From assembly GCA_001770475.1 (NCBI GenBank), contig MERB01000016.1:23274-67250 (forward strand): DNA of 43,977 nt, given 5' to 3'. The notes beneath the pieces are model-generated. The model made no database searches and was not told the DNA's origin. It worked only from the letters and a program-made list of their open reading frames with translations. Shown here one piece after another: positions 16,199 through 22,855 of this stretch (the stretch's first letter is position 1; each line of letters starts with the position of its first letter). Source of the DNA: Betaproteobacteria bacterium RIFCSPLOWO2_02_FULL_66_14 (GTDB lineage: Bacteria; Pseudomonadota; Gammaproteobacteria; Burkholderiales; SG8-39). The position numbers were made by a program, and so were the translations under genes.

Positions 16199-17434
16199 AT
16201 GAAACGACCTGCACAGATTCTCTTGGCGATGGCGAGCGTGTTCCTTGCGGCGCTGATGGCCGGCTACGCGCCGACCGCCGGCGCCCAGTCGTCCACGGCC
16301 AAGCCGGCAGCGGGCGCCGGACCGGACTTGCGTTCGCTCTACGTCACGGCCCCTGAGGTTGCGGAAGGCAAGCGGCTCGCGGAAGTCTCGTGCGCCCGTT
16401 GTCACGGCATCAACGGCATCAGCACCGCGAAAGGCATCCCGCACATCGCGGCCCAGCGCGCGCCTTATATCCATCTCCAGATGCGCGATTACCTGCAGGG
16501 CAAGCGCCCTCAGAGCGCGATGACCGGGGCGGTGCGGTTTCTCAGCGACGACGCACTGGCCAAAGTATCGGCGTATTACGCGAGCATGGATCCGCCGCGC
16601 TCGGCGGCCGCGCCGGCCAGGGCCGCCGCGCAAAGACCAGATCCCGTGCAAGCGGGCAGAGCCGCGGCGGGCGCCTGCGCCGGCTGCCATGGCGACACCG
16701 GCATCAGCGAGACGCCCGGGTCTCCCAGTCTCGTCGGCTTCGATCCGAAATACTTCGTCGCGGCGATGAACGCCTACAAGAGCGGACAGCGCAAGAACGA
16801 CGTCATGAAAACGTTCGCGGCGGGAGTGAAGGACGCCGACCTGGCCAATCTTGCACTGTTCTATGCGCTGCAGAAGCCGGTTCGCGCTGCGACCAAGAGT
16901 ACGGGCGATGCGGCCGCGGGCAAAGCGGCAGCGAGCGCCTGCTCGGGTTGCCACGGCGACAAGGGTGTCGCTTCGGATCCGGCGACTCCGAGTCTCGCCG
17001 GCCAGGACGCGCAATATCTCGCCGTTGCGACGCAGGCCTACAAGGACGGCACGCGCAAGGACGAGACGATGAAGGGCGCGGCGGCCGATCTCAGCGAGAA
17101 GACCATACGCGACATCGCCGCCTTCTATGCCGCTCAGCAACCGCAAGCGCCGAAGGTTCGCAGACCGCTGAGCTTGACGGAATGGACCGAGCGCTGCGAC
17201 CGCTGCCACGGCATCAACGGCAACAGCAGCGACCCGATCGTACCCGCGATGGCGGCGCAGCGCGCCGACTGGCTCGAGGAGGTGATGAACGCCTATCGCA
17301 CGGGTGCGCGCAAGAGTGCCGCCATGAGCGCCATGATGTCGGTGTTGAGCGACGCAGAAGTCAAGGAACTCGCGGCACACTATTCGCAACAGACCGCGCG
17401 CGCCGTGTCCTTCATCGTGCTGCCCTCCAAGTGA
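16199..17434 (+). CDS. periplasmic tetrahaem cytochrome c built from four c4-type domains
   Basis: In ORF 16085..17434. The ATG at 16199 gives MKRPAQILLAMASVFLAALMAGYAPTAGAQ, a signal peptide. It has four CxxCH motifs (CARCH, CAGCH, CSGCH, CDRCH), each followed by a c4-like LAGQ/AAQ...Y.....Y..G.R...M segment. Confidence 0.88.
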   Translation: MKRPAQILLAMASVFLAALMAGYAPTAGAQSSTAKPAAGAGPDLRSLYVTAPEVAEGKRLAEVSCARCHGINGISTAKGIPHIAAQRAPYIHLQMRDYLQGKRPQSAMTGAVRFLSDDALAKVSAYYASMDPPRSAAAPARAAAQRPDPVQAGRAAAGACAGCHGDTGISETPGSPSLVGFDPKYFVAAMNAYKSGQRKNDVMKTFAAGVKDADLANLALFYALQKPVRAATKSTGDAAAGKAAASACSGCHGDKGVASDPATPSLAGQDAQYLAVATQAYKDGTRKDETMKGAAADLSEKTIRDIAAFYAAQQPQAPKVRRPLSLTEWTERCDRCHGINGNSSDPIVPAMAAQRADWLEEVMNAYRTGARKSAAMSAMMSVLSDAEVKELAAHYSQQTARAVSFIVLPSK

Positions 17435-17456
17435 CCTGCCAGGGAAGGATAAGACC

Positions 17457-18242
17457 GTGATCGATTCGCCCGTACATCGGCTGTACCACCATTTCTCCGA
17501 GTTGCCGGCAAGCTTGCGGGTCATGTACACCGCCGTGCTGCTCATGCTCGGCATGGGCTACCTCTTCGCCATTGTGTACCTGTTTCACAATTATTCGGGC
17601 AAGGACGGCAATTCGGCGTCGCTGTCCTACGACGACGTCGTCATCGCCTACAGCGGCACCGGCAAGGGATCCCGCCTGGAGGCCGCATTGCGGGGTTCGA
17701 TGTCGGTCATGCTGCCGTTCGAAGAGCGCGACGTGCTTCTCGGCTGGGTAAAGGACGGAGCCGACCGCGCCAGGTTCGAACCGGAAGTCCGGCCGATCCT
17801 GGACCGGCGTTGCATGGCGTGCCACGACGGCAGCAACCCGAACCTGGTCAATCTGAACGGCTTCGACAACATGCTCAAAGTCACCGAGCAGGACACCGGC
17901 GCCGGCTTCTTCACCCTGGTGCGCGTTTCGCACATCCACATGTTCGGCCTGACTTTCGTGTTTTTCCTCATGGGCACGATTTTCAGTCACGCCTATGTGC
18001 GTCCCGTGTGGTTCAAGTGCACCGTGATGGCGCTTCCGTTCATCAGCCTGGCGCTCGACATCAGCTCGTGGTACTTCACCAAGCTTTTCCATCCGTTTGC
18101 CGGAGTCGTCATCGTCTCGGGCGCCGTCATGGGCCTTTCGTTCGCCTACATGTGGTTCGTATCGATGTACCAGCTCTGGTTTGCCAAGCTGCCCGCTGCG
18201 ATCGCGCAACGCAGTGAAAGCAGAACACCGGATGTGGGTTGA
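17457..18242 (+). CDS. uncharacterised integral membrane protein with a single CxxCH in an extracytoplasmic loop
   Basis: 261-aa ORF with a GTG start and GGGAAGGA upstream. It has a TM helix near residues 22-45, a ~100-aa loop containing RPILDRRCMACHDGSNPNLVNL, then about three more TM segments (VSHIHMFGLTFVFFLMG..., CTVMALPFISLAL, AGVVIVSGAVMGLSFAYMWF). Confidence 0.65.
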   Translation: MIDSPVHRLYHHFSELPASLRVMYTAVLLMLGMGYLFAIVYLFHNYSGKDGNSASLSYDDVVIAYSGTGKGSRLEAALRGSMSVMLPFEERDVLLGWVKDGADRARFEPEVRPILDRRCMACHDGSNPNLVNLNGFDNMLKVTEQDTGAGFFTLVRVSHIHMFGLTFVFFLMGTIFSHAYVRPVWFKCTVMALPFISLALDISSWYFTKLFHPFAGVVIVSGAVMGLSFAYMWFVSMYQLWFAKLPAAIAQRSESRTPDVG

Positions 18243-18265
18243 GCGGCGAAATTTCGAGGACTCCG

Positions 18266-19408
18266 ATGAAACGCATGCTGCTGGGAATTTTGTGTGCGCT
18301 CGCCTTGGCGGGCTGTTCGAAGGAAGAACCTCCGAAGCCGGCCGCCAAGCCTGCCGCAGAACGCGCGCCTGGCGATCCCAAGGCGGGAAAGACGTTTGCC
18401 GACGGGGAGTGCAGGACCTGCCACGGCGCAGATGGCGGCAGCGTCGCACCCGGAGTACCCCATCTGGCTGGGCAGCGTGAAAGCTACCTGCTCGCTGCGC
18501 TTCACGCCTACAAGGAAAACAAACGCTCGCACGCCGCGCTCAAGGTCATCGCGGAGCACATGAGCGAGGCCGAGATCCGCAACGTGTCCGCCTACTACGC
18601 CAGTTTGCCGCCGGTCGGCCTGCTGCACGCGCCGAATGGCACGCAGGTTTCGCCCTACGAGCGCGGCAAGGCGCGCTCCGTGACCTGCGCAAAATGCCAC
18701 GGCGCGGATGGCAACAGCACCCTCCCAGGCGTGCCGAGCCTTGCCGGACAACAGGCCCGCTACCTCATCATCGCGTTGCACGAATACGCGCGTGCCGAAC
18801 GCAAGATTGCCGCGGCGCATACCGAAATGCGCTCGCTCACTCCGACCGACATGGAGGCCGTGGCGCTCTATTTCGCGTCGCAGGCGCCGATGCCGCGTCC
18901 CGCTCCGACCACTGGCGACCCCGCCGCAGGCGGTGCGCTGAGCGCGGTGTGCAGCGGCTGTCACGGCGCGCACGGGGTCAGCGCCGACTCGTCGACGCCA
19001 AACCTCGCCGGCCAGGACTTCAGCTATCTCGTGGAAGCGATCAAGGCGTACCGCACGACTCGCAAGCGGGAGAAGATGCGCCTTTACATCACCGGGCTGG
19101 GGGACACCGACATCCGCAACATCGCCGCGTTTTACACGGTGCAGAAATCACGCCCTGCCGAACGCGCGCAGACCATGGTGCGCGATCTCATCGACAGGTG
19201 CGACCGCTGCCACAGCGCGCAGGAGGAAATCCCGGGAATGCCAGTGCCGAAGCTGGCCGGCCAGGACCGTGACTACCTGATCATGGCGTTGCGCGCGTAT
19301 CGCGACGATCGTCGCGAAAGCACGACCATGCACAAAATGAGCCTGCCTTACGGCGACTCGGTCATCGAAGGCATCGCAGCCCACTACGCCGGCCAACCGG
19401 CGAAGTGA
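18266..19408 (+). CDS. tetrahaem c4-repeat cytochrome c lipoprotein (paralogue of 16199-17434)
   Basis: In ORF 18239..19408. The ATG at 18266 gives MKRMLLGILCALALAGCS, a lipobox. It has four CxxCH motifs (CRTCH, CAKCH, CSGCH, CDRCH) with the same domain order as the upstream tetrahaem protein. Confidence 0.88.
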   Translation: MKRMLLGILCALALAGCSKEEPPKPAAKPAAERAPGDPKAGKTFADGECRTCHGADGGSVAPGVPHLAGQRESYLLAALHAYKENKRSHAALKVIAEHMSEAEIRNVSAYYASLPPVGLLHAPNGTQVSPYERGKARSVTCAKCHGADGNSTLPGVPSLAGQQARYLIIALHEYARAERKIAAAHTEMRSLTPTDMEAVALYFASQAPMPRPAPTTGDPAAGGALSAVCSGCHGAHGVSADSSTPNLAGQDFSYLVEAIKAYRTTRKREKMRLYITGLGDTDIRNIAAFYTVQKSRPAERAQTMVRDLIDRCDRCHSAQEEIPGMPVPKLAGQDRDYLIMALRAYRDDRRESTTMHKMSLPYGDSVIEGIAAHYAGQPAK

Positions 19409-19423
19409 AGCGGCCGGCGCCGG

Positions 19424-20482
19424 TCAGTATTGCCGGTACTGGAAGCGGGCCTCGACCGGCAGCGGGCTTTCCGCGGTACGCACCCGCACGGTGACGACGT
19501 AGCTCGTTTTCGGCTTGAGCTTCACGTAGTTCCCATAACTCGCGAGCCTGTTGATCACGACGGGCTCGAGCGACTGGGTTTCGCTCGTCAGTCCGGGTTG
19601 CTCGACCTGCACCTCGACCTTCGCCTTCGCGATCGGCGCCTTGCTGACGCGATCGAGCACCGTGACGTTGGCGTGGAATTCGTTGTCGCCGCCCGGCACG
19701 CCGCCGTGCATCACCCGCTCGTACGAACCCTCGGGGTACTTGCGAAGCGCTTCCGCCGGGACGAAGCCGAGGTAGATGTCGAGGCCGCCGACCACCTTGT
19801 GCATGCCGGCCGGAACGAGCGCCTCCCTGGGCGCGGGCGCGCTCTTCGCCGGCACGACCGGGTTGTACATGTACAGAATCGCGCTACGCAACTCGGCATC
19901 GGTCAGGTCGGCGCGGTTGCCGCGCGGAGGCATGCCGCCGTGCCCGCGCACCGCGGAGCGCACCAGCGCTTCGACCCCCTGGGACAGCCGCGGCCTCCAG
20001 GCCTCCCGGTCGCCGATCCGCGGCGCCCCGCCCTCGCCCTTGGCATGGCACTTGGAGCATTGGATCTCGACGACGTGCTGTCCGCCGCGCTCGGCCATCA
20101 GGTCGGCAGCCGTCGCCGGCTCGATCCAGCTGCCGCCGGACCGGTTCACCATGTAGGTCACCGCGCGGGCAATTTCGAGATCGGAGAGTTTCAGGTCGCC
20201 GCCGTGCGCCGGCATTTCGCGAATCCCCTTGAGGGCGTGATCGGTGAGGCTGGTGAGGCCCTGAAACGCGCGCGTGCTCCAGGCCTTGCGATCGCCGATC
20301 CTGGGCGAGCCCTTGGCGCCGGTGGCGTGGCAGGACGAGCAGACTGCGTCGACCACCTGTTTGCCGCTGCGCTCGGCGGCCTGGACTCCTGCGCTGCCCG
20401 CCACGAGCAGCAGCACCAATGAAAGAAATCGGGCGACCGCCTGCAGAGGCGACGTTCCGGCGAGGCTGCAATCGAGTTTCAT
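19424..20482 (-). CDS. dihaem c5/c55x-type cytochrome fused to a ~140-aa beta-rich C-terminal domain of unknown function
   Basis: 352 aa with a signal peptide (LLLVAGSAGVQA). It has two class-I domains (CSSCH...EMPAHGG and CSKCH...GGMPPRG), then GLDIYLGFVPAEALRKY...HANVTVLD...YGNYVKLKPKTSYVVTVRV. Confidence 0.8.
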   Translation of the reverse strand: MKLDCSLAGTSPLQAVARFLSLVLLLVAGSAGVQAAERSGKQVVDAVCSSCHATGAKGSPRIGDRKAWSTRAFQGLTSLTDHALKGIREMPAHGGDLKLSDLEIARAVTYMVNRSGGSWIEPATAADLMAERGGQHVVEIQCSKCHAKGEGGAPRIGDREAWRPRLSQGVEALVRSAVRGHGGMPPRGNRADLTDAELRSAILYMYNPVVPAKSAPAPREALVPAGMHKVVGGLDIYLGFVPAEALRKYPEGSYERVMHGGVPGGDNEFHANVTVLDRVSKAPIAKAKVEVQVEQPGLTSETQSLEPVVINRLASYGNYVKLKPKTSYVVTVRVRTAESPLPVEARFQYRQY

Positions 20483-20551
20483 GCGGGCAGGTGTCCGGTA
20501 AGGAGACGTTTTCGGGATTGTAACCGAGCGCTTTTGCCGAGCTCCAAAACG

Positions 20552-20578
20552 AAAAAAGCTGGCCGAGGCCAGCTTTTT
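20552..20578 (-). terminator. rho-independent (bidirectional-looking) terminator after the small cytochrome gene
   Basis: The sequence is aaaaaagctggcc-gag-ggccagcttttt, a GC stem with A/T runs on both sides. It lies 19 nt downstream of the stop at 20597 on the minus strand. Confidence 0.8.
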
Positions 20579-20596
20579 CCGAAGCGCATTGCCCGA

Positions 20597-20875
20597 TTAC
20601 TTGAGCATCTGCTGCACGGCCGCCTTGAGTTCGGCGTCGGACTCCTTGGCCTTCGGGTGGCCTTTGCCATCCTTCAGCTTCGCCACCAGCATCGCCTCGG
20701 CATCCTTGTTGCCTTTGTATTTCGCGGAGACGTCCTTGATCGCGGGCCCGACCTTCTTCTTTTCCGCGTCGTGACACTTCACGCAACCTTTCAGCGCGTC
20801 GTCCGCCTGCACGGTACCCGCTGCGAACATCGCGGCTGCCGCCATGACCACCAACATCGACTTCATCGCGTCCAT
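20597..20875 (-). CDS. small periplasmic monohaem cytochrome c (c551/c552-like, lacking the usual Met loop)
   Basis: 92 aa with a signal peptide (AAGTVQA). It reads GCVKCHDAEKKKVGPAIKDVSAKYKGNKDAEAMLVAKLKDGKGHPKAK. Confidence 0.85.
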   Translation of the reverse strand: MDAMKSMLVVMAAAAMFAAGTVQADDALKGCVKCHDAEKKKVGPAIKDVSAKYKGNKDAEAMLVAKLKDGKGHPKAKESDAELKAAVQQMLK

Positions 20876-20956
20876 CCTTTCGTCAGTTTGGATCCCAGCG
20901 ACGCGATCGCGTGGCTTGCGTCAGGCAGCGTCCCGCGCAACCGCATCATCGTCCGT

Positions 20957-21250
20957 TCACTGCTTCTGCACCCACTCCATGATCGTCTTGAGCGCGGCGT
21001 CATCCGTTTTCTGCAACGCCGATTTGTGCACCGGCTTGCCCTTCATTCCCGCCATCGCCTCGTCGACTTTCTTGCCCTTGTACTTGGCGGAAATGTCCTT
21101 GAACGACGGTCCCACCTTCTTCTTGTCGAGTTCGTGGCAGTTCGTGCAGCCGCCCGCCTTGAGTGCGTCCGGCTCGCCAGACGCGAAAGCCGAAACCTGG
21201 AACGCTGCGACGACCAAGCCGATTGCCGTGGAAACGATGATGCGCTTCAT
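20957..21250 (-). CDS. small periplasmic monohaem cytochrome c, tandem paralogue of 20597-20875
   Basis: 97 aa with a signal peptide (FQVSAFA). It reads GCTNCHELDKKKVGPSFKDISAKYKGKKVDEAMAGMKGKPVHKSA. Confidence 0.85.
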   Translation of the reverse strand: MKRIIVSTAIGLVVAAFQVSAFASGEPDALKAGGCTNCHELDKKKVGPSFKDISAKYKGKKVDEAMAGMKGKPVHKSALQKTDDAALKTIMEWVQKQ

Positions 21251-21325
21251 GCGACTTTCCTCCCGAAAAAGTTAGGAACCATGCCAACTATTCACATCAT
21301 TTCAACGCATACGCTGCCCCTGAGG

Positions 21326-21339
21326 TTGACCTGGATCAA
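21326..21339. promoter_or_regulatory. FNR/Dnr-type box TTGACCTGGATCAA upstream of the small cytochrome genes
   Basis: The palindrome is centred ~82 bp upstream of the ATG at 21250 (minus strand). Confidence 0.7.
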
Positions 21340-21370
21340 GCGCAATTCGGGTGCCGGTCATGGCGAGGGC

Positions 21371-21384
21371 TTGACACAGGTCAA
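21371..21384. promoter_or_regulatory. FNR/Dnr-type box TTGACACAGGTCAA upstream of the Crp/Fnr-family regulator gene
   Basis: The palindrome is centred ~41 bp upstream of the ATG at 21419. Confidence 0.65.
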
Positions 21385-21418
21385 TCGCAGGAAACGCCCG
21401 TCCGCGATCATTTGTGCC

Positions 21419-22159
21419 ATGCACCAAGCGCTCCAAGGGACACGCGTAAACGGCGATGGCCGAACCCGGGACCCTCGCGTGCTCGAAGGCGTGCTCTCGA
21501 ATATCGCGCTCTTCCGGGGTGTCGCGCCGCGCCAGGTGGCGGAACTTGCAGCGCGTTCGAAGGCGCTGCACGTACGGCGCGCAGCGCACGTCAGCGAAAA
21601 AGGCGAATACCCCGCGGGGCTGCACGCGATTGCTTACGGGCAGGTGAAACTCGCGCTGCGCGCCGCCGATGGCGACGAGCGGGTGCTGCGCCTCGCCGGG
21701 GCCGGCGAATGCTTCGGTCTGGCGGTGGCGCTCCTCAACCGTCCGCAACCCTTCGAAGCGGTCGCGCTCGAAGACACGCTGCTGCTCGTCGTACCGACCG
21801 CGGCGATCCGTGTACTCATCGACAACGATCCCAAGTTCATGCACACCGTGCTCAACGCGGTTGCCGAGCGCGCGTTGATCCTGCTGGCGGAAGTCGAGTC
21901 CGGTTCGCTGCATCGCGGCGTGCAGCGGCTCGCGACCTACCTCGATTCGCTCGCCGAAGGCGCCGGTGGCAACGGGCGCTGCCAGGTGCAACTGCCGACC
22001 TCCAAGACGGTGGTGGCCTCCCGCCTTGGAGTGAAAAAGGAAACGCTCTCGCGCATGCTGCGCGACCTGAGCGAACGCGGCGTGATCAGCGTTGAGCAGC
22101 GGGACATCCAGATCCTCGATCGCCCGCGCCTGTCGGCGATCGCGCGCGAGGCCGCCTAG
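21419..22159 (+). CDS. Crp/Fnr-family transcriptional regulator (Dnr/NnrR-like; no N-terminal FNR Cys cluster)
   Basis: In ORF 20534..22159. It has a cNMP-binding-like fold (NIALFRGV...GECFG) and a C-terminal HTH with the FNR-class E--SR recognition motif (LGVKKETLSRMLRDL). The exact start is uncertain: the ATG at 21419 or a downstream GTG. Confidence 0.85.
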   Translation: MHQALQGTRVNGDGRTRDPRVLEGVLSNIALFRGVAPRQVAELAARSKALHVRRAAHVSEKGEYPAGLHAIAYGQVKLALRAADGDERVLRLAGAGECFGLAVALLNRPQPFEAVALEDTLLLVVPTAAIRVLIDNDPKFMHTVLNAVAERALILLAEVESGSLHRGVQRLATYLDSLAEGAGGNGRCQVQLPTSKTVVASRLGVKKETLSRMLRDLSERGVISVEQRDIQILDRPRLSAIAREAA

Positions 22160-22402
22160 CCCGCATACTGCACGGCCGATCGGTCGCGAAGCGTAAGGGA
22201 GTTTGCGCGACGACGTCGTTGCCGACGTGGCGGCAAGCGGTCGTTTTCGTGGAACCGGGCGAGGCGGCCGGATTTTGACCCAAGGCAAACTGATGCCGGA
22301 GCGCAGGCGTAGATTCGATTCGTCTGCTGCTCGAATTCCGAGAGCGCGAAATGGGGCGTGTACGCGCCGCATTCGCGCGGATTTTCTTTGGAGGGAAAGC
22401 CA

Positions 22403-22804
22403 ATGAAACCATGCCTCTCCATGCTGCTTGCCGGCATGATCGTCGCGACGCTTGCCACGACCGCTGCCGTAATGGCTGCCGGGACCGCCGCGGAGAAAGT
22501 TGCGAGCGCGTATCCCCTGGACTGCGCCAGGTGGAAGGACAAGGCACGTTGCGCGGCCCTCAACAAGGATATCCAGGCGTGCAGGGACAAGACGGACGAC
22601 GAGTGGCGCGAGTGCATGCATCAGCCGGCGCCGGCCGCGAAGTTCACTCCGCCCAAGCCCCGCGACTGCAGCAAGGCGCGCAGTGCGCAGGCCTGCGAAT
22701 TACATGCGAGCGCGCTGAGAGCGTGCGAGGACAGGGGCACGCGTGCCGAGCACCGCAAGTGCATGGCGGAGCAATCGCGGGCATCGGCACCAAAGAAGGA
22801 CTAG
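22403..22804 (+). CDS. exported Cys-rich protein of unknown function (two 4-Cys modules)
   Basis: In ORF 22358..22804. The ATG at 22403 is preceded by GGAGGG. It has a signal peptide (MKPCLSMLLAGMIVATLATTAAVMAAGTA). The mature part has 8 Cys in the pattern C-x8-C-x9-C-x10-C and then C-x8-C-x9-C-x11-C. Confidence 0.6.
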   Translation: MKPCLSMLLAGMIVATLATTAAVMAAGTAAEKVASAYPLDCARWKDKARCAALNKDIQACRDKTDDEWRECMHQPAPAAKFTPPKPRDCSKARSAQACELHASALRACEDRGTRAEHRKCMAEQSRASAPKKD

Positions 22805-22855
22805 GTTGGCGAATTCGCAGGAAAGGCGGTCGCCCGGGATGCACCAAGGGCGACG

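Noticed and set aside
16037-18449. 505-aa (16037-17554) and 345-aa (17412-18449) minus-strand ORFs
   Set aside because: Both are antisense to the c4-repeat cytochrome and membrane protein genes, with no motifs. They are shadow ORFs.
13149-19408. Alternative Complex III (ActABCDEF) as the identity of the NrfCD-containing cluster
   Set aside because: There is no molybdopterin-like ActB N-terminal domain, only one NrfD-family gene (ACIII has ActC and ActF), and the cytochrome complement differs. Geobacter Cbc-like or Hmc/Tmc-like modules fit better.
20909-20920. 12-bp perfect palindrome ACGCGATCGCGT between the two small cytochrome genes
   Set aside because: It is short and GC-rich, such palindromes are expected by chance in this composition, and no flanking features suggest an operator or terminator.
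22275-22288. Possible seventh FNR-type box TTGACCCAAGGCAA upstream of the Cys-rich protein gene
   Set aside because: The right half-site is degenerate (GGCAA rather than RTCAA), so it was not counted. It is mentioned only as something to test.
21302-22621. 439-aa minus-strand ORF across the regulator gene
   Set aside because: It is antisense to a clear Crp/Fnr-family gene and crosses two intergenic regions containing FNR boxes.
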